Shown: positions 1 through 12,044 of the stretch, in pieces | How the letters are laid out: each line of letters starts with the position of its first letter | How positions within the stretch are numbered: position 1 is the first letter of the stretch | Origin: Camelus dromedarius | Taxonomy: Eukaryota | Reading direction: 5' to 3' | Length of the DNA: 64,000 nt | Assembly: GCF_036321535.1 (NCBI RefSeq) | Contig: NC_087437.1 | Location: 118,794,001-118,858,000, forward strand | Notes under the pieces: generated by a model | Told to the model about the DNA's origin: nothing | Databases searched by the model: none | What the model saw: only the letters and a program-made list of their open reading frames with translations | Position numbers and translations under genes: made by a program

Positions 1-270
1 CTGTTGCACCTACATTTATAGTCTTGTTTGAGAACTATACTATTTAAATTATGGCAGAAAGTCTCTTTCTTATTTTGAATTTTAAATTTGCCTTTTGCAA
101 CATGTTGTCAATTCTTCCTTGAGAATTTGAAGCAAATTCTGAGGTTACTGTCCAGGAACAAACGCACACGACTACGCTCAGTATCTGCTTTTGGACGGCA
201 TCCATCCTCCCCCCTGAGGATGGAGGTCCGTGATTTTGTTTTAGCCTCAGGAAGACACTGATGCACGTAC

Positions 271-469
271 CTGAAATGTGTGTGGTCCTCAAAGAAGGCC
301 TGCTCCCTCTGCAGGGCCTTGGCCAGGCTCAGCCGGGCCTGGATGTCCTGCTGGCCCCGGCACTTAACGATCATGTAGCCCTTCTTCAGGTGGAAGACGA
401 GGTTTCGTACCACGTCCACCACCTTGTCTTCAGTGCCCTTGTCCACAAGATCAGGCTTTGTCAAGATTC
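271..469 (-). CDS. MX1: MX1 coding exon 6 ([14 protein letters not shown]...EDHTHFR)
   Basis: Acceptor cctgcag|GAATC, donor TTCAG|gtacgt; 199 nt; G4 motif TKPD. Confidence 0.95.
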
Positions 470-3400
470 CTGCAGGCCAGAGACCTCCGATTAGAGAGCT
501 CCCAAAGCTTCCCACAGTGAGAAGTGAGCAGAGCTCCCGGCCCTGGGGAGGACGGTCCCCTGGTCCCCGGATTCCTCCCACCTTTGCTGGAGGGCAGACG
601 ATGGGGCCAGCAGGACAAAGGTGCGAGTCCCTGCTGCTGTGAGGACACCTGGCTGTGGGTTCTCCCCATGCACACAGCACCCAGAGACACGGCAGCATCT
701 CCTGGCCTTTCTGAGTCCCTTCCGACCAGTGGAAGAGGCCACTCTCTACGACACTGCTCTCACTTCCCTGGGCAGCTGAACCGCCTTCAGGTGAGCCCTG
801 TAATGCAGACTCTCAGGCCCTCCCCAGGGATCAGCCTTAGACTTTCAGTGGGAGCCAGGGACTTGTGTTTCTACAAATTCTCCAGTGATTTCTGATGCAT
901 GTGGGGCCTGGCGCACATTCTGAGAAACACAGGACGGGCCAAGACCAGCTACATCATTTGTGGGGCCCCCTGCAGAAGGAAAACGCAGAGACCCATGCTC
1001 AGACGTTGGGTACCACAAGACGGCAGTGGCACAGCCTTGCAGCACGCGTGGACCCCTCCGGGTTTTGGGCCTGGGTGACGGCCCAGGCTGAATGCTAGTG
1101 AGGCCAGGACAGATCGAACCCTCAGGTTTCCCGGGTCCACTGGCAGCTGCTGCCCTGGCCGAGAGACTCTCGCCCCGGGCCTGGTGCGCGGCAGGACGAG
1201 GGAGGAGTCAGGACCACGGCTGAGGGTGGAGGAGAGACCGGTCCTTAAGGCTCACCGCCCACGGGCAGAGAGGGGAGAGGCCTCTGCCCAGGTTACTTCT
1301 TCTGTGTGAGGATAAATCTCCATTTGTTTCAGCCCCTGGACTCAGGTCCTCCACTGTTCACAGCCAAATGCAAGGTTTTAAACATAAAATTGACAATTCT
1401 AACCGCTTTTAGGTGAGCAGCTCAGGGCGCTAAGCCTTTCTCGCACTGCGGTGCAGCGCGCTCTCCTGTCCGCCTCCAAACCTTCCAGCTCCCACAGCTG
1501 AGACTCTGTCTCCACCAGCAGCTGCCTCCTCCCCCGCCCGTTCCCCGCACTCGACTGTGTCTCTTTGAACCTGACTCCTCTCCATCCGCCATGAAAGTGG
1601 GTCCCACGGGTCTGTGCGCTCGCACTGGCTCATTTCGTTGAGCCTAATGTCTTCAAGGTCCATACACACTGGCGCACGTGTCAGAACGTCCTTCCTTTTT
1701 AAGGCTGACGGCTCTAGCAGCGCATGGACACGTCACACTTCCTGTGTCCTTTCAGCTGTCCGGGACACTCGGGCTGTAGTGCTTCAAATGCCTTGTCAAC
1801 GGATATAACTGCTTCCTGATTTCGCTCTGCCCCCCGAGCCCACCAGGCCTAGTATAAGCAGCTAGACAAGGACCACGAGCCAACACACGGCCAACAGGAG
1901 TCAGATGTGGCCCGTTTCATCTGGCCTCAGTGGGTTCTCAAGTGCTCCTCACCTGCTGGGTGCAGTCCCCCACCTGCCTGGGGGCCAAGAAACAACCACT
2001 GCATTCAACGGATGCTTTTCTGCTGTCGAGCCGCCTACCATGTTTAGACTCCTCCCTCTTCTTACCTATGGTCCTGTCCCCATCGGGGTCCACCTCCTGA
2101 GCCATGCGCAGGGCCTCGGTGGTGGCGATGTCCACGTTACAGGGGACCACCACCAGGTTGATCGTCTCCTGCCTCTGGATGTACTTCCTGATGAGAGACT
2201 TGATCTGTTGGAAAATGAGAGGGTATGAGAGTTAAGACAGGTCCTTCCCTCGTACTAGCTTCAGGCCCTCCCTGTCCCAGAGGTATTTCCCCCAAAGAAG
2301 CAACTACAGAGAAATGAGTCCGCGACACAAGCCTGGTGGCACTTTCCAAGCCGGAGAAACTGAGCTCTCTGTGGCTGAAAGAGAGCTCTGAGGTCAGGGA
2401 AAACTGTGAGGTTTTAGCTTATTAATTATCTCCTCAGACCTCAAAGCTGATGATCACGATGAAAAACAAGATGCCAGAAGAGCTGCTTGCATTTCCCGAA
2501 ATCTTTACTCCACAGAATGAGGTTCCCTGAGTCAGAAGCAGCATTATAGTTGTGCCCATGCTGTCCCTTCCCACATGAACCCCCTTCCTGAAAAGTGCCA
2601 GTTTAGGTATGTGACAACATGTCACTGTCAGCAAAAACAAACCACTGCATAAACCACAAAATGCACTTCCAACTTTACCTGTTTCCCTCTTTCCGCAGAA
2701 GCTTCCTCCTATCCTGGTGGAGTAGATTTCGACCATCACAAACTTCGTAGGTTTCCCTATGACAACCCCTGTCACCCGCTCTTCAAACTCAGTCCTGATC
2801 TGACTGATGCGTGAGTGCCCAGGCCAGGATGCAGCTTGAAGTCTCACCTGGTATTCAATGTCGTGTGGCTGATTGCCCACGGCCACCCTGGTGATGCCGG
2901 GAAGATCTATCAGGGTTAGATCCGGGACGTTAGGCGAGCTGACCTCCAGACTAATCAGCTCATGGCTGATTCCCACTCCTTCCCCAGCGATGGCAATCTG
3001 GGCTGGAGAAGAGCAAACAAGAAAATTTGAATAGAGCTTAGGATGGAATCTCTCATTACAGCGAATCCTCTGAAAGCAACCTCCACCCGCTGTGATTCAC
3101 GGATAAGGCCTGTTTGGAGCAGATTCCCTTTTCTAGAGCAAAACAGGGCTTCAAAAGATAACTCGGTTTTGTCACTGCCATTGGCTAGAATTGTCTGCAG
3201 AGGGATCCAGTGAAAACATCTCTAAAGATGACACCCAGCGGCACCAGTCCTAACCTGAGCAGAGCCGGTAAGTTCTGCTGTCACACCTAACTGCCCCCAT
3301 GGATGCAGTAGGAACTTAACAACCAAGTAAAATTAAAGCAAATAAAAATACATGGTGGTTCCTGAAACATGACGTCGAATATTACAGAGGGGAATGTGCT

Positions 3401-5187
3401 TGGCTCGGGCAAGATGAACGTTAGCTGCTGGGAGTCCCTTGAGGGATTTCATTTTGCCACGTCCTCCTGAGTAATGACATTTCAAGATATGAATCCAGTT
3501 CGTCAGATCGTTAGCTAACACTACATTACCGCTGTCTACACTGAGAACGTATTTTTGGTATGATTCCTAGCAGTCAAGGACGCAGAATGGAAACAATAAC
3601 AACAGTGGTATGTGCGGCCAATCTGCTGAGTTTTTCCCTCAAATCTATTTCCCGGAGACGTGGTCATGAGATTCAGGGGGGCTTGTGGGACAGATGTGAA
3701 GACACTACGTGCAACCTCCAGAAAATGTGCTTAAGATACGATGTGCCATTGCCAATGTCCAGCTGACCCGAATGGAGACTTGCTGACTGAATCACGAGGC
3801 AGCCTTGGGACTGCAGGCTACACAGAACAGAGAGAACAGATGGGAGTCTGGGTTCCTGACCCTGGAACCCCCACACCACCTGTGGTCTGCCCACCTTCAG
3901 ACTTCTACAAGAGCGAGAAGTAAAACTGGAACATTCTTTAAACCCCTGTGTTAGTAACTCGCTTGCACAAATAGTGTCATATTCCCTCCCATCGGGGAAG
4001 CTTGCTGCTTTACAGGGTGACTGCTACTTGTCCCATGCAGGGAGTTTGCTCCTTCAAATTGGGCTCAATCACGTGACTTTCTTTGGCTAATAGGACATTA
4101 CAGAACATATTCTAGTAGACATTCACAGGTGCTTACACATTGGGCTCGCTGCTTGGAACTGCTCCACCACCACGTAACAAAGCCCCGCCCAGCCTCCTGA
4201 AGGGTAACAGACCACAGGGATACAAGTCCTGGTTATTCCAGCCCAGCCTTGGGATAAGTGCCTGAGGCGGTCCTAGAGTGCTGGCCGCAGCCAAGACAGC
4301 CCAGAGGGAAAGAACTGCCCGGCTGACCCTCTGAATCACAAGAAATGTACCCTTCTAAGCCATAAGGCTTTGAGCTTGTTTTCTTACACAGCAAGGGCTA
4401 ACTGATACGCACAGTGATTTCGACTTTTCTGCACCAGGCAGGCAATGTAATCCCCAAAACACACAGTAACATTTGATTATATCATTATTTAAACTTTGCA
4501 GAACAGCCAATAAAAGATCATCAGTGCTTCCATCTTTACATGAGTCAGACCCACAGTTTCCTACTGCTGGATATCAGTTAATGTCATTTCTCAAATGACT
4601 GGAATTGAATTATGTGACATGCTAGGAAGAAATTAAAGTCAGTAAGGAAAAGTTGTGTGCTCATCTCACTTACACGTAGCAGCAGCTAAGTGCATCATTG
4701 TTTTGTCCCTATCTGCTGGACCTGCTCTCCTTTCAGGTGTTTCAGACTGGTAAACTAATCCCCGTGGTTTGCATTTACTGGGAGCTGCCATAAATCTGCT
4801 GCAGCTAGGACTGTGCAAATGCTCACATCACGCTCCTGGGGGAAAAGAACCTCCAGTGCTGAGCGGGATTCAGCAAGGATGCAGTCAGCATTTTGGAATG
4901 CCTTTTTACCAAGTTAACAGGAAAGGGGATTCCCCCACCCCGCACCCTGATGCCTCTTCCATCATATCTGTGCAGTCGGGGAGCCCTTGAATAAAGGAGA
5001 AGTCCTCCGTATTAGAACACAAGCTTCAAACCTGACATTATGTTCAGATGCTTACATAAATACTAGGCAATAAATCACTGAGATCAGATTCTGTCCAAGG
5101 CACTGGTATTTTTCCCCCAATATTAAAAATTGAATTATAGTCAATTTACAATGTGTTAATTTCTGGTGTATAGCATACTGATTCATT

Positions 5188-5224
<37 letters not shown>

Positions 5225-8200
5225 TCACATATATATGTATATTCCTTTTCCTATTATTTTCCAGTAGAAGCCATTACAAAGTATTGAATACAGGTCGCTG
5301 TCAAAACACTGGTCACAATGAAAGTAAAAGAAGAGAACATACAAGGGAGCTGGGGGCCTCATATAAAGGAGGAAGGAAAGGAAAGGGTGCCCCAAGGACC
5401 AGGACAAGCCCAGAAAGGGGAGAGTGGGAACAGCGATGGGCGATCCCACCCAGGTCACCCAGTTGACCAGATGTTCAAATAAGTGATGAACACGGGACAC
5501 TTACCTTGATTGACTTCCTTTTCCACTTGCAAAGGATCTGAAATCTCGGCCTCGTAGTCCCGGAAACTGACTTTGCCTCTCCATCCATCTTCGTTCACAA
5601 GTTTTTTCAGTTTCAGCACCAGAGGACATCTCGTAACAATACCTAGGAGGTCGCTCCCGTCAGATCTATATTCTTCACGGTCCTGTACGGCGGCCTGACA
5701 TCAGTGGCTCTCCGAGTTCCGTACAGTCATCTGGGGAGACCGCTGAAACTGCACACCTGCTGCTCGCACCCTCTGACAGCCCGCCGCGCTCCTTCTGGAG
5801 GGGCTCCAGATTGCGCATCTTGACTGGGCATTTCAGGTGGCGTTTGGCTCACTGAGGCATGAAGCCACTACGCTAGACCTCCTGCTCCCCCACCCCGCGG
5901 TCTCCATCAGCTCAGGAGGCAAACTGCAGTGGGAAACCCCAAACGTCTGCAGACATCGTCCACCACCCAGGCGCACACAGCCCGCTCCTATCGGGAAGGC
6001 CCACTGCCCTCACCAGGCCACCTCACAACGTCCCTTTGCTAACAACTCCAGGTCCCACCCGCCTTCACATCTGACCTGTGTTTCAAGACCCAGCCAGGTC
6101 GGCCTTCATCCCTCGAGGCCTCCCTGATCCTTGGCCTCGTAGCTCAAGCAGCACCCTAACCAGAGCACTAACCTTTACCCCCGGACGGAGGGTCAGCTCC
6201 TGGGAAGGGGCTCAGGAAAGGCAGCAACATGCAGAGCATTCGAGGCTGGGGTCCCACATACATTTCACCAGCCCTCCACCCTGCAGGTTGCAGACAGTCC
6301 ACACTCTGCGATGAGGGGGGGTTACTGCCTGAATTCCATCCCCCACAACGTCCTCAGTAGAAGCCCGCACGCCCAGCGCGACTATACTTGAAGATGGGCC
6401 TCTCTCCTTAAAGAAGTCATTAACATTAAACGAGGTCCTAAAGTGGGGCCCTAGCAACATGCCTGGCATCCTTATAAAAAGAGGACGAGAAGCCAGACAC
6501 GGCTGCACGCAGAGAAGAGGCCACGTGAAGCCACAAGGAGGACACGGCTCTCTGTGAGCCGCGGAGACAGGCCTCGGGAGAAAGCGCCCCGCCGCCAGCT
6601 CGCGCGCGGGCTCTCAGCTTCCAGAGCGCTGAGCCCTACGCCGCTCGCGCTTCCACCGCCCTCTGAGGTGCTCTGTCGCGGCAGCCTCGGCGGAGGAACA
6701 CGAGGCCAAGGGCTTACCGCTGCCTCGGGGAAGGGCGACCCCCGACAGCGCCTCCAGCACGGAGCTCTTGCCCGAGCTCTGGTCCCCGATGACGGCGATG
6801 GCGGGCAGGGCCAGGTCCTGCTCCACGCCCAGGGCCCGCAGGGAGTCGACGAGGTCGATGCACGGCCGAATCTTCTCCTCGTACTGGCTGTACAGGTTGT
6901 TCTCGGGCCCCTGGGGGAGGACAGGTGGAGATTTTTGTCATATCTGCAGGTCATGTTCCAGAGAGGGACAATTCAATCAGCCTCAAATATACGGGTGATT
7001 CGGGTTCCCCAAAGAGAGTGGGACTGAAACAGAAATAAGTGTTTGAAGAAATAACAGCTAGAATTTACCCAAGCCTGGTGAAGATTATTGACCTGAAGAT
7101 CCAAAAAGCTCAACGAACCAGAAGCATAAAAAACGTAAAGTAAGTGACATCGGGGCACATGACCGACAAATTGCTCAAAGCCAGAGATAAAGGGAAAGTG
7201 TGTGAAGCAGCCAGAACATGACAGGTTACACGCAGAGGCGCACAAGTGAGATTCACAGCAGATTCCGCGCTGGAAACAATGCAAGTCGGAAGACAGTGGC
7301 ACAGCGTTTTTAAAGTGCTGACGAAAACCATCAACCTAGGATTCCCCACCGAGCAAAAAGATCTCCCCGGGAGGAAAGTGACGAAGCACTGCTTTGGACG
7401 CACACGGGTCAGTGACTACGTCATCAGCGGACCTGCCCTACAGGGAACGGCAACACGGATGGTCAACTGGAGGGAAAGGGCCGTTGAGTAAAATCTGAAT
7501 CCACACCAAAAAACTTACATCACAAGCAGTGACAAATGTACTTTTTTATTACTTAAATATCTTCAAAAGACATTTCACTATTTGAACAAAAGTAATGAAA
7601 TATACAGTGGGGTTTAATATATTGGTAAAATTAACTGTCATGATAAAAGCAGCATGAACGGTGAGAGGACAGAAATGGAGGCACGCTAATGTAAGGTTCT
7701 CACGTTGCACGTGAAGAAGCAGAGCAGCATCAGAAGGCACATTTGATATGTTAAAGACGCACAGTGTGTTCCCTGACACCATTACACTCAGTAGGTCCAT
7801 AAGGGAGGTAAGATGGAATCACACACACACACTCACAAAAACTTGATTAATTCAAAAGAAGGCAGCAAAAGAGGATAGAAGAAATTAAGTAAAAGACAAA
7901 TATATGTGGAAAACAAAAAGCACAATGATCTTTCCAAGTCTAATCATATTAACAAGCAAGGTAAACATAAAAAGTCTACAGACGCCTACAACGGTCACAT
8001 GACACTGAAAAGGAAGAACACAGCTGGAGGCTCAAACTACCTGATTCCCATAATTACTACAACGCTGTAGCAACCAAAACACTGTGAGGCTGGTGCAAAA
8101 ATGGAGAAAGAGATCAACGGAACAGAGCACACGTTCCACGAATGAACTGATACGTACGTGAACAACTGGGTTTTGACCACAGTGCAAGGGCAATGCTGCG

Positions 8201-11199
8201 GAACAAAGGTAATCCCTTCCACTCATGGCACTGGGGTAACTGACTATCTATATGCAGAAAAAATGACCGTGAATCTGTGTTTTACATCATACACGAAAAA
8301 TAACTCAAAACAGATCATAGACCGAAATGCAAAACTTAAACCTACAGAACTTCCAGAATAAAACACAGGAGAAAAATCTTTCTGACTCTGGGTTGGGCAA
8401 AGATTTCTTATACATGGCCCCAAAGTACAACCCATAAAAGAACCACCTGGTAAATTGGCCTTTACCACAATTGAAAATGTATGATCTTCAAAAGACACTG
8501 TTAAGCAAATGAAAAGACAAGCCACAGTCAGGAAGAACATATTTGCAAAGCCTGCATCTGACAAAGGCTCTGCACACGTGACAACACTCACAACTCAGCA
8601 ACAAGCAAACAAACACCCTCAGTTGAAAAGAAAATGTGAAACAATCATTTTGACATTGGCCTCTTTCTTTCCAACTTCAATTTTTGTGTGTTCGCTGTAA
8701 TATAATTCACTTCTGCTAGAACAGCCCTTTGGATCATGGTGAGAAGGCACTAACATTCGGACCAGAGACGTGTCTGCGGTGGGGCCGTCCCGGGCCTTGC
8801 AGCAGGGCTGGCATCGCGCCTGGCCGCTCTCCACCGCTCACTCCGAGTTGTGGCAACGAAAATGCCTCCAGACTTGCCAGGTGCTCCAAGGGGCAAAAGT
8901 GCCCCCAGCTGAGAACCCCCTCCTTACGGAATGTCTGAGCGCCCCATCTCATCTGCAGGGAATGCTGACGACACTCAGCAGAGAAGGGGGAACCCCCGAC
9001 AGGGGCTCCTTGAGCGAACTTCAGTGGGGCTCCTGTGAGCCTTCCTCTCCACTAGGCCCCACCTTGGCCTGCTGCACCCACACATAGCCAGGAATGGAGC
9101 TAAGCCAGCTCATCCAGCACCCCCTCACCCCTGTGAGTTAATCAGGTCCCTCCCCCCACCCCCACTCTCCCCTCCCCCACCCCAATCTCCCCTCCCCCCA
9201 CCCCCACTCTTCCCTTTCCCCACCCTGCGCACTGCCCCCCACCCCCAACTTTCCTGGTATCCACGGTGAGCTCAGTCTTTCTCCCCTATTGCAATACACG
9301 TGAATACCGTCCTCTTTGCCATTTGTAGCAAGTGCCCTCTACAACTGTTCTCAGTAACAACACTTAAGAAAGGACTGGGGCCCAGCCGCCCATGGCCTCT
9401 CCGCAGAAACCTGGCTGAAACTTGACACTCGCCAGCGGCCTCAGTCCCAGTCCTCCTCGTGGGGGCCTTTCCTTTTCACTTCTGTACCGCCCATTCACAA
9501 GAGTTTATAACACATGAGCGAGAATTGGCAAAAATGCACGTACCAGCCAGCTGGCTTGAGAAAGCCGGCATTCCCAGCGCTGAGGACTCTCCACCTCCCC
9601 TCCCCAGGCCCCTTCCTCCTGAATCCCCTTCACCCCCAGGGGGCGCTCTGCTCTAGGGCTTGGGAGAACCTCCTTCCTGCTCCTCAGCGCAGCTCTCACC
9701 CCCAGTCCATCCTTCGCTGAGCAGTACGTGGCTCACGGTTGCCTGCTGGGGAACCTCATATAAGTGGGATCACAGAGTATACCTCTTCCGGGACGTGCTT
9801 CTAGGGTTCAGCGTTGGTGGTTAGACTCAGCCACCCTGGTCGCCGGGACGCCAGCTGAGTCCGCGCGCTGCTCCTGGGAACCCTGCCGCACGGGCCGGCC
9901 GACCTGTGCACGCACTCCCCCCGGGGGGGACTCCGGGTTTGTGCATACTCGACGCTGTATGAACATGGCAAAGTGCTGCTCAAACTTTAGCACAAAGGAG
10001 AATCCCCTGGAGGGTCTGGTAAAGCATAGATGCCGGGCCCCGCCTCGGAAATGTCTAGTTCACTAGGTCCGGGGGCAGAATGTGTGAGGGTGCTCATTTA
10101 CACTCTGAGCTTCCCCGGGGACTCTGATGCTGCAGGTCTGGGGGCCACACTCTGAGGACCAAGCTCTGCACCTAGAAGTGGGGCTGCTGCGCCCAGGACA
10201 CGCCTGCTCTAGCTGCTGGAGGAGGCCCAGCTACATCCAGACGCGTGAGTGTGAGCCGGGCGGTTCCGACTGCCCCGGGCCCGGCACGGCCAGGCAGGAG
10301 ACGACAGTTACATCGGGGGGCGCAAAGTGCGGGTCCTTCTCAGTTTTCTACGCCCTTCACTGTGCTTTCTAATATAGTTTAAAATAGTGTTAAACACTGG
10401 TTAAGAACATGGAGTCACCTAGAAAGGGCTGAAGAGCTACAGCTTTACAACACATGACAGCAAGATACAGAGCTCTTTCTAAGCGCCCAGCCTGTACCCG
10501 AGTCCTCCAAAAGCCACACAAAGTAAATCCTAAAATCTTCCTCGCTTTAGAGATGAAAAGCCAGGCGTCTAAAGGGAGAAATAACCGCCCAAGCTCATAA
10601 AGAGGAAAGTGGCAGCACTCGGGTCAGATTCGGGTTGCACTGATTCCGGAGGCCAAGTTTGCTTCCCGCAAACATGTGACGTGATTTTGGGAAGAAAGCT
10701 ATCAGGTGGCTTCACGGTGAGGGGGGGTCACAGGGACACCTCAGAGTTTTGCGCTGGAGACTGAACCACGACGTATGCATGTGAGAACACAGGGCTCCTT
10801 GGACCCATTGCGCGGGACCAATTCCTACACCAGCCATTCAGCACCCTGCCTGCTCTCCCAGAACAAAATCCAATCCCAACCAGCATCAGCTAAAGCAAAA
10901 CACTGGCTACATCTGGCTGCAAGAAGGGCCCAAGCAGCATGAGTTCCTTGAGAGCATTTGCACCCACATCCTGCCCAGGAGAGATGTGGCAGCAGGCAGC
11001 CCCGGGCGGCCAGGGCGTCGCTGTCCGCACCGGCAGCCCTCAGATGGACACAGCTCGTGTCCACGCCGTTAGTGGTTTTCAGGCATCAACTTACTGTTTC
11101 CTGATTTTTCTCCACCATGTCATCATTTCCATTTAGGGACGCATGACTGGATGCAGAAGCTGAATCAAATTCTTTGTTTTCCGAGTCAGAATAAACCAT
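271..11199 (-). CDS. MX1: MX1 (MxA) interferon-induced dynamin-like GTPase, 5' partial gene: join of coding exons 11095-11199, 6718-6910, 5505-5642, 2848-3002, 2066-2204, 271-469; continues beyond window start
   Basis: Short N-terminus [19 protein letters not shown]..., G1 GDQSSGKS, G3 DLPG, G4 TKPD; all introns GT-AG; frame preserved across exons of 105/193/138/155/139/199 nt. Confidence 0.95.
1380..1780 (-). mobile_element. Old L1 3' end fragment
   Basis: Resembles antisense L1M 3' UTR (ctggctcatttcg..tcttcaaggtccatac..tccttccttttt aaggctga). Confidence 0.6.
2066..2204 (-). CDS. MX1: MX1 coding exon 5 ([46 protein letters not shown])
   Basis: Acceptor caacag|ATC, donor ATAG|gtaag; 139 nt. 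Confidence 0.95.
2848..3002 (-). CDS. MX1: MX1 coding exon 4 ([21 protein letters not shown]...[20 protein letters not shown])
   Basis: Acceptor ttctccag|CCC, donor CAG|gtgaga; 155 nt; G3 motif DLPG. Confidence 0.95.
5105..5305 (-). mobile_element. Artiodactyl-type L1 3' end containing (TA)n(CA)n microsatellite (~5188-5240)
   Basis: aattgaattatagtcaatttacaatgtgttaatttctggtgtatagcat... motif; similar element in + orientation at ~40660-40810. Confidence 0.6.
5505..5642 (-). CDS. MX1: MX1 coding exon 3 ([46 protein letters not shown])
   Basis: Manual translation; acceptor cctag|GT, donor AAG|gtaagt; 138 nt. Confidence 0.95.
6316..6690 (+). mobile_element. MLT1-type MaLR solo LTR
   Basis: MLT1-like motifs (gaggtc..gtggggcccta..tggcatccttataaaaagagga..gccacgtgaag..cttccag). 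Confidence 0.55.
6718..6910 (-). CDS. MX1: MX1 coding exon 2 ([64 protein letters not shown])
   Basis: P-loop GDQSSGKS; acceptor cccccag|GGG, donor GCG|gtaagc; 193 nt. Confidence 0.96.
6945..8640 (+). mobile_element. Degraded L1 (ORF1 3' part and ORF2 fragments)
   Basis: A-rich strand with L1-like segments (gaagaaataacagctagaatttaccc, gctggaggctcaaactacctgatt, atatttgcaaagcctgcatctgacaaagg). Confidence 0.7.
11095..11199 (-). CDS. MX1: MX1 first coding exon, coding part ([35 protein letters not shown]); exon extends to acceptor at 11220
   Basis: Manual translation resembles artiodactyl Mx1 N-termini; GAAGAAG ATG G context; donor ACA|gtaagt in phase 0 with next exon. Confidence 0.92.
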
Positions 11200-11966
11200 C
11201 TTCTTCCTTTACTGGATCAGCTTAAAATCAAGTAGGTGAGCATCAGCACAACTCAGAAGACAGGTACCTTCAGTCACGGAGCCAAACCCCCCAGGGGACA
11301 CGCTGGGACACAGCGGGGCCCATTCATTCCCTGCTGACTGATAAACCAACGACAGGACAATTCCACGGAGCCAAATGTCAGATGAGGGCAAATGCTCTCT
11401 CCTGGCTCGACTCTCCTCAAGGGCATGTATGCTTCCAGACCCCAAAAAGAGGTTTTGAAGTTCTGCAGGTCCCGTCACGATTCTACACTGTACGTCAAAA
11501 GAGTTTTCACCATAAATGTAAATTGTGGCAAAGGATGAAATCTCTGATGCATTTTAAAATTTACATGTAAAAATAAAAGTATTATAAAGCTCTTTCCAAT
11601 GGAGACGACGGATTCTAAATATTATGATGATTTAACACTCGAACCTATATTTTAAAAAAATATGAGCTCCAAGTCATTTCGTGTGTTCCTTTTGATACTC
11701 GACTTCAGAGTTTGGTTTCATTTCCCCCAAAGAACTGTGTCTTAATGTCATTCATTTGACTTCATAAGCACTTCATTGGCCACTGTGTCTCACTTGTCTG
11801 CATCCAAAATATATACATGCATATATGTGAGATTCATTCAGATTTTATTCTGGAACCAAAATCTCTAAATATTAAATTTTACACATCTAATACCCATGGA
11901 TAAAAGTCAATGAAAAAATATGTCTTAAGACTTGAATAAATGCTATAAAAACCCTAAAGCACGTAC

Positions 11967-12044
11967 CTGCAATATACCTTCCTTTTACTTGACGATGGAA
12001 CAATGACTAGTCACCAGAAATGCAGAGCTGTTGTCCTACACCTC
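11967..12044 (-). other. MX1: Probable MX1 non-coding 5'UTR exon 2
   Basis: Donor GCAG|gtacgt; acceptor tttcaag| (alternative tgtag| at 12035); AACAGCTCTG...GGAAGGTATATT resembles the human MX1 5'UTR exon as recalled. Confidence 0.6.
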
